Origin: Acidimicrobiia bacterium
GTDB lineage: Bacteria > Actinomycetota > Acidimicrobiia > Spongiisociales > UBA11373
DNA length: 64,000 nt
Direction: 5' to 3'
Assembly: GCA_029263095.1 (NCBI GenBank)
Contig: JAJCYA010000043.1
Location: 2,470-66,469 of the forward strand
Positions 35,701 to 46,872 of the stretch are shown here, piece after piece. A model generated the notes under the pieces. It saw nothing but the letters and a program-made list of their open reading frames with translations, was not told the origin of the DNA and searched no databases. How positions within the stretch are numbered: the stretch's first letter is position 1; every line of letters starts with the position of its first letter. The translations under genes were made by a program, and so were the position numbers.

Positions 35701-36771
35701 ATGACGACTATTCGCCTCCCCGGACTTGTCGACATCCACGTCCACATGCGTCAGCCGGGGGCGGAACACAAGGAGACGTGGGAGACGGGCACGGCTGCCG
35801 CTCTCGCGGGTGGCTTTGCGACGGTGTTCGCCATGCCCAATACCTCGCCCGCCGTCGTAGACGAGAGAACACTCGATCTGGCGCTCGAGACCGCAAGTAG
35901 CGGAGCGCGCTGCGACTACGCCCATTTCCTCGGAGCCGGTCTCGGCAACGTCGATTCTGTCGCCAAGTCGGCCGGCCGTGCTGCCGGCCTCAAGATGTAC
36001 CTCGGTGAGACCTTTGGTGATCTCCGTCTGGACGATCCCGGGCTCTGGGCGGCTCACTTGGAGCGGTGGCCGGATGACGGCGTGGTGGCGGTTCACGCCG
36101 AGGGGCCGTCCCTGGAAACCGTTGTTGGCCTTGCGGAATCGATGGAGCGGGCCATTCATGTCTGCCACGTGGCCGGCGCCGCCGACATCTCTCTGATTGC
36201 CGGCGCCAAGGAGCGAGGCGTTGCCGTCACATGTGAAGCCAGTCCGCATCACCTGTTCCTCGATCGGACCTCAGATCTCTCGTTCGGGCGTGCCGAGGTG
36301 CGACCCCGTCTGGGCACCCCCGAGGACCGACGAGCACTGTGGGATCACCTCGATGTGATCGACTGCTTTGCGACGGACCACGCACCTCACACACTCGCCG
36401 AGAAGGACGGAGCCAATCCTCCCCCCGGATTCCCCGGCCTGGAGACGGCGCTCCCACTGCTGCTCACCGCGGTTCACGAAGGGCAACTCACCCTTGACGA
36501 TGTGATCGAACGCCTGCACCTACGTCCGATCGAGATCTTCGGACTGCCGGTGGATCCCGACACGTGGGTCGAGGTCGATGTCGACGAGGAGTTCGAGATT
36601 GCCGCCTCCGGGATGAGCCGTTGTGGGTGGACGCCGTTCGCAGGCGCCCCGGTGCGGGGGATGGTCAACACCGTGGTGATCCGTGGGGCGACTGCATACG
36701 AGAAGGACCTGACTGTCGCGGCTGCCGGAACGGGCCGTGATCTACGATCGGAAGAGAGAAGGACCGAATGA
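35701..36771 (+). CDS. pyrC: dihydroorotase (or DHOase-like amidohydrolase) of the pyr operon
   Basis: ATG at 35701 ([20 protein letters not shown]...). Metal-ligand motifs DIHVH and DHAPH, and a Gly-rich region. Overlaps the pyrB start (ATGA). Confidence 0.8.
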   Translation: MTTIRLPGLVDIHVHMRQPGAEHKETWETGTAAALAGGFATVFAMPNTSPAVVDERTLDLALETASSGARCDYAHFLGAGLGNVDSVAKSAGRAAGLKMYLGETFGDLRLDDPGLWAAHLERWPDDGVVAVHAEGPSLETVVGLAESMERAIHVCHVAGAADISLIAGAKERGVAVTCEASPHHLFLDRTSDLSFGRAEVRPRLGTPEDRRALWDHLDVIDCFATDHAPHTLAEKDGANPPPGFPGLETALPLLLTAVHEGQLTLDDVIERLHLRPIEIFGLPVDPDTWVEVDVDEEFEIAASGMSRCGWTPFAGAPVRGMVNTVVIRGATAYEKDLTVAAAGTGRDLRSEERRTE

Positions 36772-37760
36772 CGATGACGCAGGAGGAGGAGAAGGTGAGG
36801 GCGACACACATACCCTTCGGGGATCAGCGGGATGCGCCCTTCTACGGGAGGGACATCGTCTCGGTGCGGCAATTCACCGACGACGACTTGACCTACATCT
36901 TCGATGTCGCCCATGAGATGCAACAGATGGTGGCGCGGATCGGCGCATTCGACCTTCTCAAGGGCAAGCTGCTCGCAAACCTCTTCTACGAACCCTCGAC
37001 GCGGACGTCCTCGTCGTTTACCGCTGCCATGGAACGGCTTGGTGGCAGTGTGATACCGATCAATGAGGTGACGTACTCCTCTGTGTCGAAGGGCGAATCA
37101 CTTCCAGACACTGTTCGGTCACTAGAGGCATATGCCGACGTCATCGTGTTGCGTCATCCCGAGAAGGGAGCCACCGCCCTCGCCGCTCAGTACACGAAGA
37201 AGCCGATCATCAATGCCGGCGACGGAGTGGGCGAGCATCCGACGCAGGCATTGCTCGACCTCTTCACGATCCTCGAGGAGTTGGGTGAAGTAGACGGCCT
37301 CACCGTCACCATGGTCGGGGATCTCAAATACGGCCGGACGGTGCACTCACTGGCGCGCCTCCTGTCGCGCTACGACGTGACTCTCAACTACGTCTCACCC
37401 GACATTCTCAGAATGCCGGAGTCGATCGTGGCCGAGATCGAGAACGGCGGAACCCCACAGATCGTCCACACCAACCTCGACGACGTCATTGCCGACAGCG
37501 ACGTGGTGTACGTGACGAGGGTCCAAAAGGAGCGGTTCGAGAATCCGGCCGACTACGACGCCGTTTCCGGCGCCTACGTCATCACACCCGAGACCATGAA
37601 GGTGGCCAAGGATCGGATGGCGCTCCTACACCCCTTGCCGCGAGTCAATGAGATCAGCATTGACGTAGACGACGATCCTCGTGCCGCCTACTTTCGTCAG
37701 ATGGAGTACGGCATGTATGTCCGGATGGCACTGCTGGCGTTGGTGCTCGGCAAGGCGTGA
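36768..37760 (+). CDS. pyrB: aspartate carbamoyltransferase catalytic subunit
   Basis: STRTS ([12 protein letters not shown]), HPTQALLD and HPLP motifs, 330 aa. An ornithine carbamoyltransferase is less likely given the pyr context. Confidence 0.85.
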   Translation: MTMTQEEEKVRATHIPFGDQRDAPFYGRDIVSVRQFTDDDLTYIFDVAHEMQQMVARIGAFDLLKGKLLANLFYEPSTRTSSSFTAAMERLGGSVIPINEVTYSSVSKGESLPDTVRSLEAYADVIVLRHPEKGATALAAQYTKKPIINAGDGVGEHPTQALLDLFTILEELGEVDGLTVTMVGDLKYGRTVHSLARLLSRYDVTLNYVSPDILRMPESIVAEIENGGTPQIVHTNLDDVIADSDVVYVTRVQKERFENPADYDAVSGAYVITPETMKVAKDRMALLHPLPRVNEISIDVDDDPRAAYFRQMEYGMYVRMALLALVLGKA

Positions 37761-39133
37761 CCACACCCTTCTTCCATCAGCTCGCGGAGCGGGTGACGGC
37801 GACCGGATCGCTGCTGTGCGTTGGTCTCGATCCTAGGGTTGAGACGCCTCGTCAGGCACTCGACCACTGCAAAGCCATCATCGCGGCGACGGCGCCACAG
37901 ATCGCCGTCTTCAAGCCCAACAGCGCCTTCTTCGAAGCCTTGGGGTCGCCCGGAATCGAGGCACTGGTGGAGGTCATCGCCGCCGTGCCCGAAGAGATTC
38001 CGGTGCTGCTCGATGCCAAGCGGGGCGACATCTCCTCGACCGCAGCCGCCTATGCCACGGCGGTGTTTGATCGTCTCGGCGCCGGCGCGGTGACGGTGAG
38101 CCCTTATCTCGGCAGGGACTCGATCGAGCCGTTTCTGGAGCATGAGGGCCGCGGGGTGTTCGTGTTGTGTCGGACCTCGAATCCGGGCGGCCGCGATCTA
38201 CAAGAGAAGGAACTCGGATCGGGCGAACCCGTATATGTGGAGGTAGCCCGAATCGCCGCCGGATGGGCGGGGGCGGACCGCCTGGGATTGGTGGTCGGTG
38301 CCACTGTCCCCGATGCCGTTGCCCGGGTCCGCAGTGTTGCTCCCGACCACTGGATTCTGGCCCCGGGCGTCGGTGCCCAGGGCGGTTCACTGGAGGAAAC
38401 CGTGGCCGCTGGGTTGCGGGAAGATGGGGCAGGCCTGCTGTTGCCGGTGTCGCGCTCTGTCGCCGCCGCCTCAGATCCGGCGGTCGCGGTGGCAGATCTG
38501 AACGCCGCCGTCGGGCAAGCCGGCAGGACCGTGAGTCGTACCGGGGCCGCGCCGGAGACGAGCCTTGCAGTAGAACTGTTCGATGCCGGATGTGTCCGTC
38601 TTGGCGACTTCGAGTTGAAGTCTGGAACACGGTCGCCGATCTACCTCGACCTGCGGACGCTGGCGGGTCATCCCCGCCTGTTGCGGAGGATTGCCGCTTG
38701 TTACATCCCTCTGCTCGGCGAGTCGGACCGCATCGCAGGTGTCCCGCTCGCCGGACTGCCGATAGCGACCGCAGTATCGCTGGAGTCGGAGATCCCGCTG
38801 GTGTACCCCCGCCCCGAGGCGAAGGCCCACGGCACCCGTTCGACAGTGGAGGGACCCTTCAGTACCGGTGACAGCGTGGTGGCCGTGGACGATGTTGCTA
38901 CCAGTGGAGTAAGCGTTCTCGAGGCGGCAGCACAATTGCGCGACGCCGGGCTCGTTCTCGAAGCAGCGGTGGTGCTCATCGACCGCCAGGGCGGTGCCGG
39001 AGCTGCATTGGAGAAGGAGGGCATCGAGCTGCGAGCGGTGATGAGCCTGATCGATATGGTGGGATTGCTGTTGGAGGCAGATCGCATCAGCGACTCCGAA
39101 GCTGCCCGGGTGTACGAGTTCCTTGGGGCCTGA
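37757..39133 (+). CDS. pyrF: bifunctional orotidine-5'-phosphate decarboxylase (type 2) / orotate phosphoribosyltransferase fusion
   Basis: N-terminal ~270 aa: LLCVGLDPR...[13 protein letters not shown]...LLDAKRGDI (type 2 PyrF). C-terminal ~180 aa: [17 protein letters not shown]...[13 protein letters not shown] (PRPP-binding motif of PyrE). Confidence 0.85.
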   Translation: MTTPFFHQLAERVTATGSLLCVGLDPRVETPRQALDHCKAIIAATAPQIAVFKPNSAFFEALGSPGIEALVEVIAAVPEEIPVLLDAKRGDISSTAAAYATAVFDRLGAGAVTVSPYLGRDSIEPFLEHEGRGVFVLCRTSNPGGRDLQEKELGSGEPVYVEVARIAAGWAGADRLGLVVGATVPDAVARVRSVAPDHWILAPGVGAQGGSLEETVAAGLREDGAGLLLPVSRSVAAASDPAVAVADLNAAVGQAGRTVSRTGAAPETSLAVELFDAGCVRLGDFELKSGTRSPIYLDLRTLAGHPRLLRRIAACYIPLLGESDRIAGVPLAGLPIATAVSLESEIPLVYPRPEAKAHGTRSTVEGPFSTGDSVVAVDDVATSGVSVLEAAAQLRDAGLVLEAAVVLIDRQGGAGAALEKEGIELRAVMSLIDMVGLLLEADRISDSEAARVYEFLGA

Positions 39134-39135
39134 GG

Positions 39136-40122
39136 GTGTACCGAACCCTGCGCAGCATCGCGTTCCGCTTTGATCCCGAGCGGGTTCACACGGCCGCGAT
39201 CCAGTCCTATCGCTTGCCTCGACCATGGCAGAGACGATCGCCCGGCCACTCTCAGGTGCTGATGGGACTCGAGTTCCCCAACGTGGTCGGTCTGGCGGCT
39301 GGCTACGACAAGGATGCCCGCGCATGGCGGGGGCTGGCGGCGCTCGGCTTCGGCCACATCGAGGTGGGCACGGTCACCCTGCAGCCGCAGGCGGGCAACC
39401 CGCGTCCCCGTATCTTCCGTTTACCGGCCGACAGGGCCCTCATCAACCGGATGGGCTTTCCCAGCGAGGGGGCAGAAGCGGTGGCGGCAAGGCTCGCCGG
39501 TCGGCGCCCCGGCGGTCTGGTGCTCGGCGTCTCGATCGGTCCCAACGGGTTTGGTGAAGCGGAGCAGGCGGCTCGGGACTACGAGCAGTTGATCGACCGA
39601 TTCGCGCCACTTGCCGACTACCTGGCGATCAATGTGAGTTCGCCCAATACTCCCGGCCTACGCACGCTCGAAACGGGTGCCGATCTGAAGGAGCTGCTGC
39701 AACGAATCGTGGCGAGAAGAGATAGGCAGGCTGCGGCAACCGGTGCGCCTACCCCTCTGGTGGTCAAGCTGTCACCCGACATCGGTTCCGACGATCTGAC
39801 CACCACGATCGACTCGATAGAGTCGGCGGGAATCGATGGGATCGTCGTCACCAACACGACGACGGATCGGCCTGGTGTGACGACTACGGAGAGCGGTGGG
39901 CTGAGCGGTGCACCGCTGACGCCGCTCAGCCTGCGTGTACTCCAAGAAGTCAGGGATCTGACGGCCCTCCCTCTCATCGCATCCGGCGGGATCATGTCGA
40001 TGACCGATGCCCGAGTGCGACTCGAAGCCGGAGCTGCCCTGGTTCAGATCTACACCGGCTTTGTGTATCAGGGCCCGACTCTCGTCAGGTCGATCGCAGC
40101 CTTGTCGCCGGTTGACGCCTGA
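39136..40122 (+). CDS. pyrD: dihydroorotate dehydrogenase (quinone), class 2
   Basis: GLEFPNVVGLAAGYDKD...GFGHIEVGTVT...LAINVSSPNTPGLR...ASGGI. 328 aa with GTG start. Confidence 0.9.
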   Translation: MYRTLRSIAFRFDPERVHTAAIQSYRLPRPWQRRSPGHSQVLMGLEFPNVVGLAAGYDKDARAWRGLAALGFGHIEVGTVTLQPQAGNPRPRIFRLPADRALINRMGFPSEGAEAVAARLAGRRPGGLVLGVSIGPNGFGEAEQAARDYEQLIDRFAPLADYLAINVSSPNTPGLRTLETGADLKELLQRIVARRDRQAAATGAPTPLVVKLSPDIGSDDLTTTIDSIESAGIDGIVVTNTTTDRPGVTTTESGGLSGAPLTPLSLRVLQEVRDLTALPLIASGGIMSMTDARVRLEAGAALVQIYTGFVYQGPTLVRSIAALSPVDA

Positions 40123-40166
40123 CCCACGCCACCTCGGTGGGCCACCCCGACGGGTAGCCTCCGCGG

Positions 40167-42134
40167 ATGCCTCGGCTTCTGCTCTTTGGCGTTCTTGTTG
40201 TGGTTGTGAGCGCTTGCACCGGCGCAGAGTCGGTCTCGACCACCACCACTGTGGCGCCGCCGGAGACGACAACGACATCGACCATTCCCACGCCTTCGCG
40301 CCAGGGGATGGTTCCGGCACCCGACCTCGTCCGCAGTGCTGCCGCCGCTCGTGAGATCACCCAATTCGAGGCCGACCTGTACCTGTCGCTGGCCATGTTC
40401 TCGGTCCCAGACGCGATTCCCTTTGAGTATCTGGTACCTATCGCAGAGGCGGGCGCGGCGCAGTGGGATCACTCGGCGACGACGCGGCTCATCGAGCGAT
40501 GGGACGAACTCGACAGCGGTAGTCAGGAGGAGCTGTTGGATGCGGTTGATGGGTTGGCCGACCTGATCGAAGGCGACGCTCAGGGTTGTATCCCAATCAC
40601 ATCAGTGGATGCGGTGATCTGCGTGGGAGAAAGCATCTCGCACGACCAAGCCTTGGATCTTCCGCTGGGAGATGCTGCGGCGATCGTTCGTCCCTGGGTG
40701 CGGGAGGCGATGGAGGATTCCTGGCCCATGTTCGAGTCATTGTTCGGAGCTGAGCCCCAAGTGGTCGAGGTCTTTCTGTCCGATCTGACGGCGACGGGTG
40801 GGTACACCTTTGGGGCGGAGACCGGCGTGTGTCATCTATACGTGGATGTGTTGGCTCTCGAGGCGACCGACGACGGCCTGGTACACGCGGGTGATTCGAA
40901 CATCCCCGATGGTGTTCCCCTCCGTGCCCAGGTGCATGCGGCAGTCGCTCACCAGTTGTTCCACTGCTTCCAACGGGTAGCCCTGGCCGACTTCGACACG
41001 GCTCTGTGGGAGGGGACCGCGGTTTGGGCCGAGCACCACATCTACCCGACATCCAACACTGAGCTTCCCTGGATGGAAACCTGGATTTCGGATCCCGATA
41101 CGGCGTTCTCTGATCGCCTGTATGACGCGTCGTTCGTCTTCCTATATGCCGATCTCATGGGGGACGGAGAAGGTGCGGTGGCGGAAGTTCTCGAGGGCAA
41201 CGCGATCGCCCGACTCGATGCGGGATTCGAGGAGTTCTGGCATGAGATATCGGTCGCGGCGTGGAATCAGGGTCCGGTGGGCGCGTTGGTCGATGATGGC
41301 GGTGCTGCGCTCACCGCGACCGTCGGCGACCTCGATTCTGCGCCGATCGCGCCCGAGATCCAGGGAGAGATGAAGTTCTCGCTACCGCTCTACAGCCGTG
41401 ACACTCAGGCATTCGAATTCTTGAGCCCAGCCGATATGGAAGCCGCAGATCTGACCCGTCTGTGGCTCGACCTGTCGCGAGTGCCGAGTGATGTAAAGGT
41501 GTCGGCGATCGCCGAGACCGCTGAAGGCTGGTTGGATCCGGTTCTGCTGACCGGCGCCGAATGGGAGTTTTGCTGGGCGGCGATAGGTGCCTGTAGTGAT
41601 GTCGAACCGACGACGGTGCACACCTTTGCCCGAATAGTTCTGATCGCCACCAACGTCGACAACGGCGTTGAGACCTTCTCTATCCCGTGGCACACCTTCA
41701 ACCCGCACTTGACCGGAACTTGGGTGAGGGTGCAGGGGCCGATCTCTACGGTCGGCACCTCCCCGTTCTGGGTGATTGGAACCGAGCTCGGATTCGACGA
41801 GACGGCGCGGCTGATGACCGAAACCACCAGTGATTGGTCGCTTGCCAACGCCGAGACGGGTTGGGAGTGCACCCTTGCGGGTGAGTACTCGATCGGCGCC
41901 GACCCGGAGTACGGCGCTCCCGAATTGGGCAACGTGAGCGGCACGATCACTGTTGTCGGTCCCAGTGCGGGGGAGACGTTCACCAACGACTGCCTGCTCG
42001 GTGGCGTTGCGGCGAGCGGGGTTCATACTCCGATCGCTGAGGGCGGTGAGACGGTCGGATTCGAGATTCGCGATTACGACACCCTGTGGGTGTACGCCTT
42101 CGAGCGTTTCTACGTGTACGAACGGATCAGCTGA
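40167..42134 (+). CDS. large hypothetical lipoprotein (655 aa)
   Basis: Signal peptide plus lipobox (VVVVSAC), a Thr-rich linker, and no recognisable catalytic motif. One HQLFH segment is not a convincing HExxH. Confidence 0.55.
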   Translation: MPRLLLFGVLVVVVSACTGAESVSTTTTVAPPETTTTSTIPTPSRQGMVPAPDLVRSAAAAREITQFEADLYLSLAMFSVPDAIPFEYLVPIAEAGAAQWDHSATTRLIERWDELDSGSQEELLDAVDGLADLIEGDAQGCIPITSVDAVICVGESISHDQALDLPLGDAAAIVRPWVREAMEDSWPMFESLFGAEPQVVEVFLSDLTATGGYTFGAETGVCHLYVDVLALEATDDGLVHAGDSNIPDGVPLRAQVHAAVAHQLFHCFQRVALADFDTALWEGTAVWAEHHIYPTSNTELPWMETWISDPDTAFSDRLYDASFVFLYADLMGDGEGAVAEVLEGNAIARLDAGFEEFWHEISVAAWNQGPVGALVDDGGAALTATVGDLDSAPIAPEIQGEMKFSLPLYSRDTQAFEFLSPADMEAADLTRLWLDLSRVPSDVKVSAIAETAEGWLDPVLLTGAEWEFCWAAIGACSDVEPTTVHTFARIVLIATNVDNGVETFSIPWHTFNPHLTGTWVRVQGPISTVGTSPFWVIGTELGFDETARLMTETTSDWSLANAETGWECTLAGEYSIGADPEYGAPELGNVSGTITVVGPSAGETFTNDCLLGGVAASGVHTPIAEGGETVGFEIRDYDTLWVYAFERFYVYERIS

Positions 42135-42296
42135 CGGCCCGAGCAGTCCGTTCAGGCCGCCCTAGACTCGTGGACAACTCGTCGGACCGCCGACTATGCG
42201 GCGGATCCCACATGCGGGTCGTAGAAGCAACGCATATGTGTCGCATATGTATGAAGTCCCCCAACCCATCGTGGTGGGGAGAAAGAGAGATTCACA

Positions 42297-43135
42297 TGCG
42301 CGATCAGATGACTGCCCCCAAGGTGCGCGCTGCCAAGGGTGGTCCCAAGCTCCGGATGATCACCGCCTACGACGCCCCTTCGGCTCGGATCGTCGATGCC
42401 GCCGGGGCCGACATCATCCTGGTGGGGGATTCCCTCTCCAATGTGGTGCTGGGTCGAGAGACCACTCTCGACGTGGGCATGGATGAGATGGTTCACCACA
42501 CCAAGGCCGTTGCCGCCACCAATCCCAGTGCCTTTGTCGTCGGAGATATGCCGTGGCTCTCGTATCACGTGACCATCGAGGACACGGTGCGCAACGCCGG
42601 GAGATTCATTCGAGAGGGTGGAGCGGGTTCGGTCAAGTTGGAGGGGGGCCGCAAGCGCCTCCCGATGATCGACGCCGTGATCGATGCCGAAATCCCGGTC
42701 ATGGGGCACCTCGGATTGACCCCGCAATCCGTCCACGCGATGGGTGGATATCAGGTGCAGGGCAAGCAGGTCGATGCAGCCCGCGAGTTGCTGGACGACG
42801 CCAAGGCGCTGGACGAGGCGGGTGTGTTCTCCATTGTTCTGGAGGGAGTGCCCGACGTGCTTGCTGAACTCATCACCAAAGAGGTCTCGGCACCGACCAT
42901 CGGAATCGGGGCCGGACCGAAGTGTGACGGGCAAGTGATCGTCTTTCACGACCTGCTGGGACTCACCAGTGGCCACGTTGCCAAATTCGTGCGCCAATAT
43001 GCGGACCTCAACAAGGTGGCGACCGAGGCCGTTGCCGCCTGGTTCGGCGACGTACAGAAGGGTGACTTCCCATCGGACGACGAGACCTATCACATGCCGG
43101 AGGAGGCCGTGCGCGCATTGCTGTCCGAGGGCTGA
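42297..43135 (+). CDS. panB: 3-methyl-2-oxobutanoate hydroxymethyltransferase (ketopantoate hydroxymethyltransferase)
   Basis: ATG at 42297 after GGGGAGAAAGAGAG. ITAYDAPSARIVDAAGADIILVGDSL...MPWLSY...KLEGG...GHLGLTPQS are PanB signatures. Track ORF begins earlier at 42086. Confidence 0.9.
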
Positions 43136-43149
43136 TCGTTCTGGCGATC

Positions 43150-43647
43150 GTGGTGCTCGCGGCGTGTGGTGGCGAGACGTCGGTGACCGAAGGCCAGACG
43201 ACTTCGCCCACTACGACCCCTAGGGGTTCCACGGCGGCGCCAGAGTCGCCGAATGGTTTGGCGGACTTTCCACGCTTCGACATGCTTGTGGCCGGCCAAC
43301 CGTGGACGGTCGCCGTTGCCGATACGCCTCTGCTTCGATCGCGGGGCCTCATGGGAGTAACCGATCTCGGCGCTGTGGATGGAATGCTCTTCGTCTTCGT
43401 CGGCGAGTCAGTCACCGATCCGGTGCACGTTGCGTTCCACATGCAAGACACGCTCATCCCACTCGACATCTGGTACTTCGACTACGACGGCAAATTGGTA
43501 GATATGCTCACGATGGAGCCGTGCGAGGAGATTCCGTGCCCGACCTATCTGGCGAGCGATCCCTTCCATTACGCCCTGGAGACCGAAGTAGGGAGGATCG
43601 ATCCGACCGGTGTGGTCGAGATGGACTTCTACGGATTCGAGGACTGA
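43150..43647 (+). CDS. DUF192 (COG1430) domain protein with lipoprotein-like N-terminus
   Basis: LAACGG lipobox-like motif then TVAVADTPLLRSRGLMGV... characteristic of DUF192. GTG at 43150. The hydrophobic signal region extends upstream in-frame without a canonical start, so the start is uncertain. Confidence 0.6.
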   Translation: MVLAACGGETSVTEGQTTSPTTTPRGSTAAPESPNGLADFPRFDMLVAGQPWTVAVADTPLLRSRGLMGVTDLGAVDGMLFVFVGESVTDPVHVAFHMQDTLIPLDIWYFDYDGKLVDMLTMEPCEEIPCPTYLASDPFHYALETEVGRIDPTGVVEMDFYGFED

Positions 43648-43779
43648 GGTCCTCGGGTAGTCATCTCTAAGCCCGACTTCCGCGACTCGCACTCTTCGCG
43701 ATACACTTCCGTCCTTCCCCGACTGCCCCCCACGGGGCCTCTCGCCAGATGCGAGTGTCCAAAGGAGGTGGAGCGCCTT

Positions 43780-44064
43780 ATGCGCGCCTACGAACTGATG
43801 ACGATCTTTCGGCCTGAGATGGCCGAGGCGGACGTGAAGAAAGAGGTGGACCGGGTCGAGAAGGCCCTCACCGATCGCGGCGCCGAGATCACCCTGTCCG
43901 ACTTCTGGGGCAAGCGTCGTTTTGCCTATGAGATCAACCATCTCAACGAGGGCTACTACGCCGTAACCCAATTCAACGCCGAGCCCGAGGCTCTCACCGA
44001 CGTCGACCGGGCCTTGGGCCTGTCCGACCAGGTGATCCGCCACAAGTTCGTTCGGCCCGAGTAG
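43780..44064 (+). CDS. rpsF: 30S ribosomal protein S6
   Basis: ATG at 43780 preceded by AAAGGAGGTGG. MRAYELMTIFRPEM... is the canonical S6 N-terminus. Confidence 0.9.
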   Translation: MRAYELMTIFRPEMAEADVKKEVDRVEKALTDRGAEITLSDFWGKRRFAYEINHLNEGYYAVTQFNAEPEALTDVDRALGLSDQVIRHKFVRPE

Positions 44065-44123
44065 ATCCGTGTCACACCCCACCCTCAACATGTGTGTCAT
44101 CAACCGAAAGAAGTGATTGAGCG

Positions 44124-44573
44124 ATGCCTGCCAATTCAGTGACCCTCATCGGCAATCTGGTCGACGACCCCGAGCTTCGGTTTACGCCGTCGGGTGTTGC
44201 CCTGGCCAAGGTCCGTTTCGCCGTCAACCGGCGGTATCAGGATCGCAGCGGCGAATGGCAAGAGGACACCAGCTTCTTCGGCGGCACGTTGTGGCGTGAT
44301 GCCGCTGAGAACTGTGCCGAGTCGCTTACAAAGGGCACTCGCGTGATCGTGACCGGGCGCCTCGAGCAGCGTTCCTGGGAGACCCAGGATGGCGACAAGC
44401 GCTCGGTGGTCGAGGTGGCGATCGATGAGATTGGCCCCTCGCTGCGATGGGCAACAGCGGCCGTGACTCGCTCGCCCCGCTCCGGCGATTCGTTTGGTGG
44501 AGGTTCGCAGCCGAGCACGCCCGCCGCCCCGGTGGCGCGCGATGACTTCGGTCCCGACGAGGCACCCTTCTAG
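44124..44573 (+). CDS. ssb: single-stranded DNA-binding protein
   Basis: OB-fold N-domain (VTLIGNLVDDPELRFTPSGVALAKVRFAVNRR...), a Gly-rich tail, and the acidic C-terminal DFGPDEAPF. Confidence 0.92.
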   Translation: MPANSVTLIGNLVDDPELRFTPSGVALAKVRFAVNRRYQDRSGEWQEDTSFFGGTLWRDAAENCAESLTKGTRVIVTGRLEQRSWETQDGDKRSVVEVAIDEIGPSLRWATAAVTRSPRSGDSFGGGSQPSTPAAPVARDDFGPDEAPF

Positions 44574-44606
44574 ATACTTTCCCGACTTCCCCGAGAGGAC
44601 TGTCAA

Positions 44607-44888
44607 ATGTCTCCAAGACGCAAGAACAAGAAGCCAAGGGCAGGGACCCGACGGCGCGCTCCCGAGCGCGGCCGGCGGAGACCCAAGAAGAAGACCTGCT
44701 ACTTCTGCGATCAGAATCAGAACTATGTCGACTACAAGGACGTGGGCCAGCTTCGGAAGTTCATGTCGGATCGCGCCAAGATCCGCTCTTCGCGGGTCAC
44801 GGGCAATTGCCCGCAGTGCCAGCGAAAGGTGGCGACGGCCATCAAGAACGCCCGCGAGATGGCGCTCCTGCCGTACATCAAACGATGA
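44607..44888 (+). CDS. rpsR: 30S ribosomal protein S18
   Basis: [15 protein letters not shown]...[41 protein letters not shown]. Confidence 0.92.
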   Translation: MSPRRKNKKPRAGTRRRAPERGRRRPKKKTCYFCDQNQNYVDYKDVGQLRKFMSDRAKIRSSRVTGNCPQCQRKVATAIKNAREMALLPYIKR

Positions 44889-45331
44889 AGATCATCCTTA
44901 CCACCGATGTCGACGGGCTGGGTCACAAGGGTGATGTCGTCGAAGTCGCCGACGGCTACGCCCGCAACTACCTGGTTCCGCATTCGAAGGCGATCAAGGC
45001 GACGCGCGGCGCGCTCAAGGAGGCGGAGGCCATGCGCCGGTCCCGTGAGGAAGCCGAGCGGGTGGCAAAGGCCGCCGCCAGTCAGATCGCCGAAGCACTC
45101 GCCGACAGCCGCGTAGTGGTGGCAGCTCGTTCCGCTGACGAGGGCAAGCTCTTTGGATCGATTGGTGCCCGCAACGTCGCCGAGGCGATTGCCTCATATA
45201 CGGGCGTACAGGTCGAGCCACAGGTCGTCCTACTGACGGGTCCGATCAAAGAGATTGGGCTGCACCAGGTAACGCTCAAACCGCATCCGGAAGTCGAGTT
45301 CCAGCTCACGCTGGACGTGATTCCTGGCTGA
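44885..45331 (+). CDS. rplI: 50S ribosomal protein L9
   Basis: ATG at 44885 overlapping the rpsR stop (ATGA). [32 protein letters not shown] is the canonical L9 N-domain. Track ORF starts earlier at 44807. Confidence 0.9.
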   Translation: MKIILTTDVDGLGHKGDVVEVADGYARNYLVPHSKAIKATRGALKEAEAMRRSREEAERVAKAAASQIAEALADSRVVVAARSADEGKLFGSIGARNVAEAIASYTGVQVEPQVVLLTGPIKEIGLHQVTLKPHPEVEFQLTLDVIPG

Positions 45332-45365
45332 GGGAGCCTGCTGGATTATTGACTCCTAGGAGGAC

Positions 45366-46724
45366 ATGACAACTCAACTCGAGGGCCCGAGGACCATCCC
45401 CTCTGGGGTGCCACCACACAACGTGGAGGCCGAGGAGAGCGTTCTCGGCGCGGTCATGTTGTCTGCCGACGCGGCAGCCGTAGCTCTCGAGCAGCTTCGC
45501 CCAGAGGACTTCTACCGACCGCCGCACCAGTCGGTCTTCGAGGCGATCACGGCACTCTTTGACGGCAATCAGGCGATCGATGCGATCACTGTTAGTGATT
45601 GGCTGCGGCGCAACGACGACCTCGAGCGGGTGGGCGGGATTTCCTTCCTCAACCACCTCATGGACACGGTGCCCGCCACGTCGAACGTCGGCTACTACGT
45701 GGACATCGTGGACGAGACGGCGTCGCGTCGCCGGCTGATGAGAGCAGGTTCGACGGTGGCGCAGATCGCAATGCAGAGCGAGCGTGCGATCGATGAGGTA
45801 CTCGATTCGGCTGAAGCGGAAGTCTTTGCCGTTGCAGACCGTCATGTCGGAGAGGGTCTCTCTCGCCTCGGCCCGATCCTGCAGGACACCCTCGAGAAGA
45901 TCGAGGAGATCGGCACCCGTGGGGGAGACATCACCGGCGTCCCCACCGGCTTCAAGGATCTCGACAAGAAGCTCGCAGGGCTGCATCCCGCCAACCTGGT
46001 GGTGATCGCGGCTCGACCCTCGATGGGGAAGAGCGCGCTGGCGCTCAATATCGCCCAAAACGTCGCTGAGATCGGCAAGCCCATTGCCGTCTTCACATTG
46101 GAAATGAGCCGCGAGGAGGTGGTCCAGAGGCTGCTGTCTTCGATGGCCTCAGTTGACTCGCACAAACTCCGGACCGGTCAACTCGGACCCGAGATGTGGC
46201 AGAAGCTTGCCAGGGAATCCTCTCGCCTTTATGAGATGCCTTTCTACGTGGATGACTCACCGGATCTGACGGTCACTGCGATTCGCGCCAAGTGCCGTCG
46301 GTTGAAGCGCAAGTCGGATCTCGGTCTCGTGGTCGTTGACTACCTGCAGCTCATGCAGGGTCCGACCCGCAGCGATAACCGTCAGCAGGAGATTGCTGAG
46401 ATCAGCCGTTCCCTGAAGAACCTCGCTCGCGAGCTTCATGTGCCGGTGATTGCCGTGTCACAGTTGAACAGGCAGTTGGAGCAGAGGGAGAACAAGCGTC
46501 CCCGGCTCGGCGACCTGAGGGAATCGGGCGCCATCGAGCAGGACGCCGACATTGTGATGTTCATCTACCGAGATGAGTACTACAACGCGGAGAATCCAGA
46601 GACCCGCGGTATTGCCGAGGTCAGTGTCGCCAAGCACCGCGCCGGAGCCACCGGGACCGTCATGATGACGTTTGCGGCGGAGTTCACCCGGTTCCGCAAC
46701 TTCACCCGTTCGGACCCGATCTAG
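45366..46724 (+). CDS. dnaB: replicative DNA helicase DnaB (no intein)
   Basis: 452 aa. N-terminal domain, Walker A ARPSMGKSALAL, and RecA-like C-domain motifs. Length excludes an intein insertion. Confidence 0.95.
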   Translation: MTTQLEGPRTIPSGVPPHNVEAEESVLGAVMLSADAAAVALEQLRPEDFYRPPHQSVFEAITALFDGNQAIDAITVSDWLRRNDDLERVGGISFLNHLMDTVPATSNVGYYVDIVDETASRRRLMRAGSTVAQIAMQSERAIDEVLDSAEAEVFAVADRHVGEGLSRLGPILQDTLEKIEEIGTRGGDITGVPTGFKDLDKKLAGLHPANLVVIAARPSMGKSALALNIAQNVAEIGKPIAVFTLEMSREEVVQRLLSSMASVDSHKLRTGQLGPEMWQKLARESSRLYEMPFYVDDSPDLTVTAIRAKCRRLKRKSDLGLVVVDYLQLMQGPTRSDNRQQEIAEISRSLKNLARELHVPVIAVSQLNRQLEQRENKRPRLGDLRESGAIEQDADIVMFIYRDEYYNAENPETRGIAEVSVAKHRAGATGTVMMTFAAEFTRFRNFTRSDPI

Positions 46725-46872
46725 AGAGTCGGCCTATTTGGGGATGGGATTCTTCTGGGGACCCGCTCGCAGCTGCACCAGAGCCAAGTAGACGTCGTTC
46801 GGGGGACTACGTATCTCGTTAGGGGCCGTTTGGCCCCTGCCTCGAACCCGGTCCGATCCGTACTGTCGCAAC

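Noticed and set aside
42194-43093. 299-aa minus-strand ORF antisense to panB, and similar long antisense ORFs (47036..47893, 48740..49894, 30721..31711, 14156..15130, 40597..41052)
   Set aside because: Each is fully antisense to a gene with strong family signatures and lacks any motif of its own.
45366-46724. Possible intein in dnaB
   Set aside because: The protein is 452 aa, normal helicase length. The Walker and RecA motifs are contiguous, so no insertion.
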